IMG/VR virus record: IMGVR_UViG_3300037042_002125
Span: 158,079 to 222,078 of that record
Length of the DNA stretch: 64,000 nucleotides
Reading direction: 5' to 3' (one strand)
The position numbers and the translations under genes are program-made. How positions within the stretch are numbered: position 1 is the stretch's first letter; each line of letters begins with the position of its first letter. Shown one piece after another: positions 1 to 9,250 of the stretch. Below the pieces are notes generated by a model. That model was not told the origin of the DNA and did no database searches. It saw only the letters and a program-made list of their open reading frames with translations.

Positions 1-156
1 CGTACAGAAGAAGAAGCAGATCAAATTCTTACCTGGATGTACGGCACCCAAAAGCCAATGTCTGCTGCTCTACAAGAGATAGCTTGGGATAAGGCGACAG
101 TGACCCAAGCTGTGGCTGATGCCGTTGAGACTCTTAAGAAGGCGTTACAACCATGA
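1..156 (+). CDS. hypothetical protein, 5'-truncated by the window edge
   Basis: Frame 1 is open from base 1 to TGA at 154-156 and overlaps the next ATG (ATGA coupling). Confidence 0.6.
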   Translation, partial: RTEEEADQILTWMYGTQKPMSAALQEIAWDKATVTQAVADAVETLKKALQP

Positions 157-488
157 CAGAAGATATAGACAGAATAAACGTCAGGAGTATGCTTGATCGT
201 ATCCAGAGAGCTGTTGACGAAACAATGGCCAGTCCTCTTAGGGTACTACCAACACAATACTCTATTACGCAACTAAACGCCCTACCAAACAGGCAAAAAA
301 TTGCGATCATAAATATGTCGGGTAACAACCTGCCTGACCTTGAAGATTTGAAAGCACAAGGGCGCATACATGACTTCAAGATAGAGTTCACAAAGGCCGG
401 CATGGCTGACATATACATCAGCCCTATCCAGGCAATTGAATACATCAACGTATCCATTAAGTCTCAAAAGAAAGGTAGTGAGCAATGA
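153..488 (+). CDS. hypothetical protein; C-terminus resembles the tail-sheath C-terminal strand
   Basis: 111-aa ORF, ATGA-coupled on both sides; motif DIYISPIQAIEYINVSI. Confidence 0.6.
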   Translation: MTEDIDRINVRSMLDRIQRAVDETMASPLRVLPTQYSITQLNALPNRQKIAIINMSGNNLPDLEDLKAQGRIHDFKIEFTKAGMADIYISPIQAIEYINVSIKSQKKGSEQ

Positions 489-778
489 TTGTAGAAGAAG
501 TAAGACCCGGCGTAAAACAGTATAGGATGATGGCAAACAATAGTGACCTAAGTCCAACTAGGAAACGAACAAGCTACAAGAGACTATCTAAAACAGAGGA
601 AGAGCTATTAACTTTTTTAGCTAAACCAAAGACTGTTCTAGAAGTAGGGAAGTTTGCCGAAGCAAATCTTGAAACTATACGCTACCACTTGCGAAAGCTT
701 GTTACCCAAGGCAAGATAGAGTATTCTGCATCATCTGGAGAATCTGGAACATATCATCAGTATTGGACAAAAAAGTGA
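485..778 (+). CDS. winged-helix DNA-binding protein
   Basis: LLTFLAKPKTVLEVGKFAEANLETIRYHLRKLVTQGKI is an ArsR/HTH-like pattern. Confidence 0.65.
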   Translation: MIVEEVRPGVKQYRMMANNSDLSPTRKRTSYKRLSKTEEELLTFLAKPKTVLEVGKFAEANLETIRYHLRKLVTQGKIEYSASSGESGTYHQYWTKK

Positions 779-1191
779 ACAAGAAAATTAACAACCCTAT
801 CATATGCGTTGACTTCGACGGAGTGATCAATAGCTATACCTCAGGCTGGATTAGCATTGATGTAATACCTGATGATCCTGTCCCTGGCGCTATCGAATGG
901 CTTATGGATCATCTTCCAACACCAGAAGGTCTCGGTCACATGGATGAATACAAAGGCCCTATCGTCTGCATCTATTCGTCGCGCTCGAAGGAGAACCGTG
1001 GCATCAAGGCTATGCAGCGGTGGCTGGTCAAGCACGGCTTACCTCGTCAGTACATCACTGACAATGTGCTTCAGTTCCCTACTCAAAAGCCAGCGGCGTT
1101 CTTGACTCTTGATGATCGCGCTATATGCTTCACAGGCACGTTCCCTACCACGGAGCAAATGATGGCGTTTAAACCTTGGAACAAGAGGTGA
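775..1191 (+). CDS. HAD-superfamily phosphatase (nucleotidase/PNKP-like)
   Basis: DFDGV motif I, SSR motif II, K...LDDRA motifs III/IV; probable GTG start at 775 overlapping the previous stop. Confidence 0.8.
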   Translation: MNKKINNPIICVDFDGVINSYTSGWISIDVIPDDPVPGAIEWLMDHLPTPEGLGHMDEYKGPIVCIYSSRSKENRGIKAMQRWLVKHGLPRQYITDNVLQFPTQKPAAFLTLDDRAICFTGTFPTTEQMMAFKPWNKR

Positions 1192-1194
1192 GTT

Positions 1195-1443
1195 ATGAGC
1201 AACTTGTTGATGCAGACGATAGGCAACGACGATTGGATGAAAGCCAATGCTCCAAAGATTAAAAATATCTTGCCTGATACGTGGACGCACATAGCCAACT
1301 TGAATGGTTTACAATTAGGTTACCAGCTCAAACTACTTGGCATCGACTGGCGTTCAGAGGATGAGTTCGGTAAGTGCATGATATATCTTGAGCGTATAGG
1401 TATTATGAAACGAGACGGTATGTTGATCAAGAGGGCCTTATGA
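1195..1443 (+). CDS. hypothetical protein
   Basis: 82-aa ORF with GAGGTG RBS, in operon. Confidence 0.65.
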   Translation: MSNLLMQTIGNDDWMKANAPKIKNILPDTWTHIANLNGLQLGYQLKLLGIDWRSEDEFGKCMIYLERIGIMKRDGMLIKRAL

Positions 1444-1667
1444 CAACAGTATTTGTCGTGACAATAAGAGACGTTGTCACTATCATCTGCGTAGTAGTTG
1501 TTCTCATTGCATGTGTTACACCATTGCTTTTGACATTGATGAGGCAACGTCGTTGCCTGCACAACGAAGGGGTTACTGAAACGTCTACTTGCGATGCAAT
1601 CTGCCGCAAGTGTAGAAAGAATCTGGGGGTTCATAGGAACCTGGATACTGAAAAGGGATCACAATGA
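1440..1667 (+). CDS. small membrane protein with Cys/His cluster
   Basis: Hydrophobic N-terminus, then CxH...CxxC; ATGA-coupled. Confidence 0.6.
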   Translation: MTTVFVVTIRDVVTIICVVVVLIACVTPLLLTLMRQRRCLHNEGVTETSTCDAICRKCRKNLGVHRNLDTEKGSQ

Positions 1668-1945
1668 AATTTATTCGGCAAGCACCTATTGATCCTAACT
1701 CCAAACTAGGTAAGGCACGCTATCAGGTCACCAACGCAAAATCAGCTCTACATCGTGGTGAAGAAGCTAGAGATGAAGCACAAATTATTGACGCAATAAA
1801 CAGTGCAAACCTATTCATCAAGCTTGCCAAGTCTGCTTTGGATGGATCTGATGAAGCAAAACTCAAAGTGTCTACTAATAGGTTTGGTAAAACAACCGTT
1901 CACTACCAAACGCCTGCAATACAACCTCCTCCAAGGAACCCTTGA
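1664..1945 (+). CDS. hypothetical protein
   Basis: 93-aa ORF, AAAGGGA RBS, ATGA-coupled. Confidence 0.6.
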   Translation: MKFIRQAPIDPNSKLGKARYQVTNAKSALHRGEEARDEAQIIDAINSANLFIKLAKSALDGSDEAKLKVSTNRFGKTTVHYQTPAIQPPPRNP

Positions 1946-1948
1946 CGT

Positions 1949-1957
1949 TAATTTCAT
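1949..1957 (+). promoter_or_regulatory. TAATTTHAT motif (putative late-type promoter)
   Basis: TAATTTCAT in the intergenic gap; the motif recurs before about 8 genes. Confidence 0.5.
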
Positions 1958-1977
1958 GTAACTATTAGGAGCAGGCT

Positions 1978-2388
1978 ATGACGATGACAGCCAAACAGTT
2001 GATGAAATTTACGCCGCGGAATAGAAAAGATGCTTCTCTATCTGCTCGCATCAAGGAAATAAAAAAGGGCACTTTGTCAAATGGATCTACGATCTACAAG
2101 GCAAAGATTATGACTACCCGCACACCAGCGGGTGCTCGTAAACCGCCTCCGCCTATGTACACCTATGTGACTACAGTAGAGGTTAGTCCAAAGGAAAAAT
2201 GCGTGGTATCCTGTTCTTGTGAAGACTTTTTGTTCACGTGGGAGTACACCTTGAACAAGAAAGGTGCAGCCCGTATTGAATACTCCAATGGAGAGTCGTC
2301 TAAGGACAGGAATCCTCAGCAAATTCCTGGAACGTGCAAACACATCTATTCATTCCTAACACGTTTGATCGACAAAGGAAAACTATAG
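1978..2388 (+). CDS. SWIM-type zinc-finger protein
   Basis: CSCEDF...TCKH (CxC...CxH); AGGAG RBS. Confidence 0.7.
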   Translation: MTMTAKQLMKFTPRNRKDASLSARIKEIKKGTLSNGSTIYKAKIMTTRTPAGARKPPPPMYTYVTTVEVSPKEKCVVSCSCEDFLFTWEYTLNKKGAARIEYSNGESSKDRNPQQIPGTCKHIYSFLTRLIDKGKL

Positions 2389-2429
2389 GTCAGGTTTAGC
2401 ACAGACTAAATCTGGCAGTTTGGTACATC

Positions 2430-3500
2430 ATGACAACCCCAACATCAACATCGTCTAGATCAGATCCAAAATCCCACCCAAAATCTTCAAATGGCAAGGC
2501 AACAATAAACAACTACAACCACTCAAAGTTGTTTGCCAAGCTGAAATCAATTGAAGAGACTATACCAAACAATCTCACCTCCTATCAGTACCTAAGTGTC
2601 CTTGACGAATTGATCTACCGTGGTCTGTATCCTATAATTGAAGGTACAAAATTCTTCGAGAACTTCTTGGCACAGATTCTTGGGTGGCAAACAATAAATT
2701 CGAAGCGCAAGGTCGTTGGGGTTGGAAGACAGGCCTTTAGTTCATACACCACATTGTATCTTCTCCTTGATGACCCAAAGCAACGCATAAAGCTTATCAA
2801 GAAGATGAAGATTGATAGGGCGGTCTTATTTGAGGCAATGCGTAGGTGGACATCGATCTCAGAGGAAATAGTTTCTATATCTGAGACAGACGTAATAACC
2901 TCTGATGCCTTAACACAAATTGCAGACCTTAGCGAAAGGGCTTCAATACGAGATGGGTATCATGTGATAGCCCTTTACAATCAAGTACACTACTGGCATA
3001 ACCAAGCAGTAGCTTTTAAATCTCAGATCTTAGAAAAGTACACTCGCCTGTGCCTTACCACTGCCCAACGTGATTACGTGCAGATGGATTGCCAGGGAGA
3101 TTTAGATGACATAATTCAAGTTTACTTCATGAGCGCAGGCAAGGCCATTGATAAATGTGACACCGAGAAGGGTGTTCTTACCACACATATTCAAAACTGG
3201 CTGCTCAGCGCCAAGAACGTAGTCATAGCTACCTATGTAAACGGGGCAGTTACGCAAACCAAGGCAAGTACCGCAGGTGCTTCTATCATTCGTACAATGG
3301 TAGATCACGTTAGCCTAGATGAAATCGAAAACATGATTGCAGAGGAATTAGATGACCCAGCAGAAAAAGAAGAGACGGTCTATCAGGTACGGAAAGTAAC
3401 ACGCTTCTTTGACAAGACAGGTATAGGTCGAATCCTTTTGGGCATACAAGACGTTCTATCAAAAGAAGATGTACAGGCACTGAGGGCTCACGCACTGTAA
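2430..3500 (+). CDS. phage sigma-70-like RNA polymerase sigma factor
   Basis: Region-2-like DLDDIIQVYFMSAGKAIDKCDTEKGVLTTHIQNWL (compare DLIQEG..GL..A..KFD..KG..F.TYA..WI). Confidence 0.7.
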   Translation: MTTPTSTSSRSDPKSHPKSSNGKATINNYNHSKLFAKLKSIEETIPNNLTSYQYLSVLDELIYRGLYPIIEGTKFFENFLAQILGWQTINSKRKVVGVGRQAFSSYTTLYLLLDDPKQRIKLIKKMKIDRAVLFEAMRRWTSISEEIVSISETDVITSDALTQIADLSERASIRDGYHVIALYNQVHYWHNQAVAFKSQILEKYTRLCLTTAQRDYVQMDCQGDLDDIIQVYFMSAGKAIDKCDTEKGVLTTHIQNWLLSAKNVVIATYVNGAVTQTKASTAGASIIRTMVDHVSLDEIENMIAEELDDPAEKEETVYQVRKVTRFFDKTGIGRILLGIQDVLSKEDVQALRAHAL

Positions 3501-3503
3501 ATA
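3496..3503 (+). promoter_or_regulatory. TGTAAATA motif (putative phage promoter)
   Basis: Recurrent intergenic octamer; overlaps the sigma stop codon, upstream of the clamp gene. Confidence 0.55.
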
Positions 3504-3551
3504 CAATAGTTAAGTGTAAGCATCTCTTTCTCAAGAATAGGAAAAACAAAC

Positions 3552-4622
3552 ATGCAATTCTCAATCGACTCTGAACTACTGGGCGGCACAATCCGTACTT
3601 TGCAGCGTATAGCCCAAGCCGTTTCTATCTCACTTGAGGTCGCCAAGGGCAACGTTCTTATCACAGGCACTGGCAACGGGAACTCTTGTTCCATCAATTT
3701 GCCTTGCAAGATACTCGAGAAGTCCGCGCAAAACAAATTCAGCATTGCCGCTGAAACGTTAGCTAACGCAATTGCAAAACGCAAGGACATGAAGATCACA
3801 ATCAAGGACACGTCCATTGAGCTGGCGAGTTCTCGGTATGCGGTTGAGCTCTTGATCAACCAGTTTGAACAGATTGAAGTTATCCCAGAAGCTGTCAAGC
3901 AAGACAAGAGCTTGAAGCTCAGTACAAAATTCCTTGATGCTATACGGGCCAACTTGAGCAAGATAGAGTTGAAGCCTTTGTTAAGTCTCTATGATTACAT
4001 TCCTATTGGTATCAAGAGCACTGACGAAGGTACGTTTGTTGCTTGCTTTGATACTTGGCAGTCGGCGTTTTTCTTTGACAAAGAAGTTACTGGCAAACTA
4101 GAGTTCACGTTGCCTAGCAATATCTTCATGACGATTGCCAAAGAGTTCAAGAACCAAAGCTACAAACTTTGCATCACCGACAGCACGGTATACGCCTACA
4201 ATGATTTCTTTGAGTTGGGCATTGCGCTGACGCAAACTGAAGGTGAGCAGGTTACGTTAGGTCACATGCTGGCTCTCTACAACAGTCTCAAGAAAGATAA
4301 AAGCGGCGTAAAGATCAAATTGAAGACAGAAGGCATAAACCAACTGATCGAAAATGCCAAAGCTGTCTACGAAAAGGATAGCACATTTACGTTCACTACC
4401 AAAGGTGACAAATGCAAACTTGTGCTCAAGAGTTCATTTGGCTCCATGAGCACGTTGGTCATGATGGAAGAAGCGCCCGCAAAGGACGTCAGCTTCTCTT
4501 GCGACTTCTCATTCTTTAGCACACTGCTTGCTAAAGCACCACCCACCCTTGAACTCAGAGTAAATGATAGGATGATGTTGTTTTCCAACAAGCCTGTCAC
4601 GTACCTCTTGAGTCTGGTATAA
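3552..4622 (+). CDS. dnaN: DNA polymerase III beta-like sliding clamp
   Basis: 356 aa, MQFSID..LL start, three-repeat alpha/beta pattern, replication context. Confidence 0.7.
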   Translation: MQFSIDSELLGGTIRTLQRIAQAVSISLEVAKGNVLITGTGNGNSCSINLPCKILEKSAQNKFSIAAETLANAIAKRKDMKITIKDTSIELASSRYAVELLINQFEQIEVIPEAVKQDKSLKLSTKFLDAIRANLSKIELKPLLSLYDYIPIGIKSTDEGTFVACFDTWQSAFFFDKEVTGKLEFTLPSNIFMTIAKEFKNQSYKLCITDSTVYAYNDFFELGIALTQTEGEQVTLGHMLALYNSLKKDKSGVKIKLKTEGINQLIENAKAVYEKDSTFTFTTKGDKCKLVLKSSFGSMSTLVMMEEAPAKDVSFSCDFSFFSTLLAKAPPTLELRVNDRMMLFSNKPVTYLLSLV

Positions 4623-4632
4623 GGGCTAGTCC

Positions 4633-5091
4633 ATGTCTACAGTAATTGAAGAATCCTCTCCAATGCCGTTGACGATGGACTTAGACATAGCAGAGTCCTT
4701 CAACAAGCGTCTAATAACGAGCTACATCTACCGAGGCCGGACATACTTCCTATTGTTCTACAAGAATGGGACGCCTGGCCCTTTTTACGTTGAGGATGCA
4801 CCCTACGCAGAGAACTCCTTGCTCTCAATTGGAGAAATCAAATGCAAGGCAGACGATCTTGTGATAGGTAACATCTTCTACACTAATGTAAATTACAGAT
4901 GTGAAGGCAGCTTTCTGCTAGTCTACAGCGGGGTGTTCAAACATTCCATCAACAAGAAATTGCCAAGGGACTTGAACATGTCCTTGTGGGCTAAGACTCC
5001 TTACATGCAAATCTTCCAAGAGAAGAATAGAGCAACGTTAGTAATTAGTCCTATGCTCAAGAATAGTATCAAACAGAATCTGGAGATCTAA
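4633..5091 (+). CDS. hypothetical protein
   Basis: 152-aa ORF in operon. Confidence 0.65.
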   Translation: MSTVIEESSPMPLTMDLDIAESFNKRLITSYIYRGRTYFLLFYKNGTPGPFYVEDAPYAENSLLSIGEIKCKADDLVIGNIFYTNVNYRCEGSFLLVYSGVFKHSINKKLPRDLNMSLWAKTPYMQIFQEKNRATLVISPMLKNSIKQNLEI

Positions 5092-5655
5092 ATGGCTAAC
5101 AAAAAAGAACAGAGTAGAAAAACCAAAGAGGTTGGCGGTGAGAGCCTTAAGAGATCTCTGCTTGAGGACGATACGTACAAACGTTACCGTAACATTGTCA
5201 AGGCTATCAAGGACAAAATTATTGTGGATGATATGGACGATGAAATAAATCGTCTGCATAGCGGGCGTATATCACGCACGTTGTATGGTACCACACCGGG
5301 CGGTGACAAGATCATGAACGCGGCGCTGCAAGATGCTTCCCACAGGTCCCGCATGGCTGAAATACGGGTGCGGGTATCTAAGCAAGCTGACCTGCTGGAC
5401 ATTACGTTGGAAGCTACACGCATCTACTTGGCTCGCCAGTTTGCAGACGAGGTGCCAGACATACGGACTAAAGGCGAACGCATGGCCTACTTCGATGCTC
5501 ACCTCACCAATGGAATTGTCATGCACTCCAAACTCAAATCATTGATATCTCGCATTGACGTGCTGATCAAAGACGTTGACCAAACTGGTTTTTCTTTGAA
5601 ACATTGCGTGGACATCCTTGAGCTGGTATACCACAACTCGGGGGCGAAGCAGTGA
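5092..5655 (+). CDS. helical hypothetical protein, possibly a UvsY-like mediator
   Basis: Helical composition, directly before the SF2 helicase; the function is inferred from position only. Confidence 0.5.
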   Translation: MANKKEQSRKTKEVGGESLKRSLLEDDTYKRYRNIVKAIKDKIIVDDMDDEINRLHSGRISRTLYGTTPGGDKIMNAALQDASHRSRMAEIRVRVSKQADLLDITLEATRIYLARQFADEVPDIRTKGERMAYFDAHLTNGIVMHSKLKSLISRIDVLIKDVDQTGFSLKHCVDILELVYHNSGAKQ

Positions 5656-7160
5656 AAGTGTTCTGCAGGGATGCCTTGTACATCCCAATACACAAAGTAA
5701 ATGACGAGGAATATTCTGCTGTAGAGAGAAAATTCGAAAGAGATTCTTACGTAGATGAAGGTCAATGTGAAAAATGTGACTACTTCTCAGAGCGACCTTG
5801 CGATATCTGTACCGACTGCCCCAATTATGAGGGCAAGGTCAAGATGCACAGCATTGTCAAGAAGGACAGTGGTAAGAAATTCCTACGACTGCCTTTTGGA
5901 TCTAGGGCTGCTGTAGAGAAAATCTTTGGGCCCGTAACGTTTGTGAACAAGAACGAAGATGTGCCTATGAAGAAGGCAATCGAGTTCACTGGTGAGTTGC
6001 GAGAGGACCAAGTACGTGCTACCAAGAAGATGTTCAACGCAGAGTTCGGTGTGTTGAAGTCTCCGCCTCGCAGTGGTAAGACCGTCATGTGCGCCTACCT
6101 TGTGTGCAAGCTTAGCCAGAAGACTTTGATACTTGCGTCGCAAAAGGACTGGCTGGATAATTTCCATGAGACGTTTGTAGGTAGTGATACACAGACGCCA
6201 CTGACAAACATTAAAGGTAAACGTATTGGGTTCCCTAAGACGTTGGCTGACTTTGAGAAGTACGACATATGCTTAGTAACCTATCAGAAGTTTCTGTCAG
6301 CTAAGGGTAAGAAGCTACTCAAGGCCATTAGCAAGATGTTTGGTATCCTCTTAATTGACGAGGTGCAGGCAGTTGGTGCCAAGGAGTTTGCGACTGTAGT
6401 GAGCAAGATTCATACACGCTACAAAATCGGAGTTAGCGGAACACCTCAGCGGAAGGACAGCAAGGAATACATCATCTACAGTCTGCTTGGCCCTATCTTC
6501 TACGAGAACCACGTAGAGAAGTTGAGGCCTCGCCTTGAGTATGTTCGAACAGAGTTAGCAGGTAAGATGCCTCAGACGTGGACATACATGGTCAACAAGG
6601 TAGAGGAAGATCCTAAGAGACTTAAGCTAATAGCAGAGACGGCTATCCAAGATGTTAAGAACAAACATTTGGTATTCATACCTTTGGGCCGTGTGAATGT
6701 GATTAAGGCTCTTGTCAAAGCCATCAACATACTGTGTGGTAAGCAAATAGCCGCAGCGTTCTATGGTGGCATAACCAAAGAGAAGCGGATTAGCGTGATA
6801 CAAAAGGCGCGTGACTACAAATACAAAATCATTGTAGGTAACACGAGGCTGTTAAGCACTGGCATAAACATACCTCGGGCTAGTATGCTCTATCAGGTCA
6901 CCCCTTCGGCTAACTTGCCCAAGGCTCAGCAGAGATTTGCGCGTATCCTAACGCCGTACGATGGGAAACCTGAACCTGTGTTCAAGTATTTCCTTGATGA
7001 TGTAGACGTGATACGCTCGTGTATGCGTAAGGAACATTGGCAATGTGTCATACCAATGTTCAGGCCTAAGATGACCGGGCACGTCAAGGAGACCCTTGAC
7101 GCCTATTTCAAGAACAGTAAAAAAGCAAAACAGGACGCTTATACAGGCGGCTACATATGA
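5652..7160 (+). CDS. superfamily 2 DNA helicase (UvsW-like) with N-terminal Cys cluster
   Basis: SPPRSGKT, LIDEVQ, SGTPQR, STGINIP, QRFARILT; CxxC..CxxCxxC at the N-terminus. Confidence 0.9.
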   Translation: MKVFCRDALYIPIHKVNDEEYSAVERKFERDSYVDEGQCEKCDYFSERPCDICTDCPNYEGKVKMHSIVKKDSGKKFLRLPFGSRAAVEKIFGPVTFVNKNEDVPMKKAIEFTGELREDQVRATKKMFNAEFGVLKSPPRSGKTVMCAYLVCKLSQKTLILASQKDWLDNFHETFVGSDTQTPLTNIKGKRIGFPKTLADFEKYDICLVTYQKFLSAKGKKLLKAISKMFGILLIDEVQAVGAKEFATVVSKIHTRYKIGVSGTPQRKDSKEYIIYSLLGPIFYENHVEKLRPRLEYVRTELAGKMPQTWTYMVNKVEEDPKRLKLIAETAIQDVKNKHLVFIPLGRVNVIKALVKAINILCGKQIAAAFYGGITKEKRISVIQKARDYKYKIIVGNTRLLSTGINIPRASMLYQVTPSANLPKAQQRFARILTPYDGKPEPVFKYFLDDVDVIRSCMRKEHWQCVIPMFRPKMTGHVKETLDAYFKNSKKAKQDAYTGGYI

Positions 7161-7780
7161 AAGAGCAAGAGGAAGATCCCCGTTTCAAGAACAGGGGCAA
7201 GTTGAAGATACGGCTTGCTGAAAAGTACATTACGATAATGAAGAACAGAGGTGTCAACGGTGGAGTGTTCAGACAGAACCCCTTTGTGTTGATGCCTACG
7301 TCCTTCACTTCCGACGTTGAGGGTCTCAAGCCCAAAGTGTTTAGCCGTCAGAAGCAGTTCGAGATGTTTGACAAGTTCATGGAGTCTCCTTTTGAGCCTA
7401 TGAACTGTTGCATTGTATCTGCTCCTGATGACGGGAAGGCCAAGCTAATGGCAGCCTACATGATGCAGCACGCCATAGCCCAGCACAATAGCTACACGTC
7501 CTTGCCTATGTGGATTGATCTAACTGGCGGCTTTGACAATCCGCTCGTTGTAAATAAAGTGAAGCCCTCCTTGCTTGTAATAAACAATGTAGGAGTAGCA
7601 TCAACTCAATCCAAGATGGAAAAGCTTAGGGACATACTGGAAGTGTATAGTGACATACCGCGCATTGTAGTAGCAACTGGTTGTGACCCCTACTACTTCT
7701 TCATGCGTCACTTGTATCTGCCCATACACTCGCTGATGTACCTAACCAATTCATCTGTCAAAAAATCTATTGAACTCTGA
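7157..7780 (+). CDS. degenerate DnaC/IstB-like helicase loader
   Basis: Eroded Walker A (SAPDDGKAK) and Walker B (LLVINNVG); immediately upstream of dnaB. Confidence 0.5.
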   Translation: MKEQEEDPRFKNRGKLKIRLAEKYITIMKNRGVNGGVFRQNPFVLMPTSFTSDVEGLKPKVFSRQKQFEMFDKFMESPFEPMNCCIVSAPDDGKAKLMAAYMMQHAIAQHNSYTSLPMWIDLTGGFDNPLVVNKVKPSLLVINNVGVASTQSKMEKLRDILEVYSDIPRIVVATGCDPYYFFMRHLYLPIHSLMYLTNSSVKKSIEL

Positions 7781-7814
7781 GGCCTATTTGCGTCAGTAGT
7801 CAAAGGGGAATATC

Positions 7815-9242
7815 ATCAAGTTAGTTGCAACAAACTCTGAGATGTCGGTACTTAGGGCAGCCGCCTCTAAGAATCCAACAATCGCAGGGACAGTCCTACA
7901 AGGTATTGATGAGTCTTACTTTCACAACGAGTTTGCGAAAGAAGTCTTGGCACGGATACTTAAGGTTAATCAGAAGTCAGGAACTCCTCCTACTTGGCGT
8001 GAGTTATGCGACGACCCTCATATCCGTGAGGAGACAAGAAAGAAGTTACGCACCTCTGAGATTGACAAGATCAAAACCCCAGAGGAAGCACTGCGTAGCA
8101 TAAAACTTCTGCACGGCTACAGGCAGTTGCGTGGAATGTTCCAGCTGGCAGAAGATACGGTGGTATCACTGCGTAAGAAGAAGGTCAACCCAGATCGGCT
8201 GTTGACTACAATGGCGGATACGATCATCCAGCTAAGACAGAACCGAAGCGAAGGTAACCAAGTCCTTACGTTCGGCAAAGGTAACAACACCACTGACATA
8301 GTGAAGAACCTGCTGCTCGATGAAGAGAAGAATTTCCTACCAACAGGCTTTAAGGATTTTGACGACGAGAATGGTGGCATTAGCTTTGGCAATTTGTTCT
8401 TGTTAGCTGGTTCAACAGGTGGTGGCAAGAGCGCATTGGCAGCACAGTTAGGAATTAACTGGGCGGACATGGGTGAGGACGTAACAGTCATTCCACTTGA
8501 AATGTCCGAGGACGAAATGACAGCACGGTTAATGGCTAATGCAGCCAAGTTGGACGTGCGAAAGATTCTGTTCCGCAGGCTTAGTGAAGACGAGAAGAAG
8601 ATCTACTGGAAACGCTACAAACGATTTGTGATGCGTAAGAAGAAGGTAGAAGGTTCCTTCAGAGTGTTCAAGCCTAAGAGTGACATGAACATCCAAGAGA
8701 TAATGGCTACGGTCTATCCCTTGGGCAGTAGAGTTGTCATCATCGATTACGTGTCGTTGTTGAAGGACGTTGATGGTGATGACGCATGGCAAAAGCTTGG
8801 TGCTGTCGCCCGCTATTGCAAGGTCTATGCCGAGACTCACAACATCATTATCGTCTTGCTGGCGCAGGTTAGCGATGAAGGTATTGTCAGGTACGCAAGG
8901 TCACTTGTTGAACATGCCAACTATGCTTGGAGATTTGTTGCAACGTCTGCAACTCGGGAACATGAGATCATAAACATAGACCAGCTTAAGGCGCGTAATG
9001 GTCGCATGTTTGAGTTTACGCTCCGGGCACAGATGGCCTACATGCGGATACGCAACCTCGACATAGAGGAGAAAGAAGAACTTATGTCCAGGATTAGCGG
9101 GTCGTCTGAAAACAAGGACAAGGGTGCTATTAAGGGCAAGCGGTTTGACAAGACTCGGAAGCACAGTGACAAAGAAGACAAACCTAAGAAGACTAACCCA
9201 GGCAAGGACTACTTGAAGGATTTGTCGGATGACGAAGATTAA
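7815..9242 (+). CDS. dnaB: DnaB-like replicative helicase (probable ATC start at 7815; first ATG at 7842)
   Basis: LPTGFKDFD, AGSTGGGKS, LEMS, IIDY, LAQ, LKARNG; charged C-terminal tail. Confidence 0.9.
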   Translation: MKLVATNSEMSVLRAAASKNPTIAGTVLQGIDESYFHNEFAKEVLARILKVNQKSGTPPTWRELCDDPHIREETRKKLRTSEIDKIKTPEEALRSIKLLHGYRQLRGMFQLAEDTVVSLRKKKVNPDRLLTTMADTIIQLRQNRSEGNQVLTFGKGNNTTDIVKNLLLDEEKNFLPTGFKDFDDENGGISFGNLFLLAGSTGGGKSALAAQLGINWADMGEDVTVIPLEMSEDEMTARLMANAAKLDVRKILFRRLSEDEKKIYWKRYKRFVMRKKKVEGSFRVFKPKSDMNIQEIMATVYPLGSRVVIIDYVSLLKDVDGDDAWQKLGAVARYCKVYAETHNIIIVLLAQVSDEGIVRYARSLVEHANYAWRFVATSATREHEIINIDQLKARNGRMFEFTLRAQMAYMRIRNLDIEEKEELMSRISGSSENKDKGAIKGKRFDKTRKHSDKEDKPKKTNPGKDYLKDLSDDED

Positions 9243-9250
9243 AGGAGCGT

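Noticed and set aside
1900-1945. C-terminal PPPRNP recalling the RaxX C-terminus
   Set aside because: A six-residue low-complexity match with no DY motif, 50 kb from the sulfotransferases; probably chance.
7825-8103. Short overlapping ORFs in the track, such as this one
   Set aside because: They are nested in well-supported genes and lack an RBS or motifs; treated as spurious throughout.
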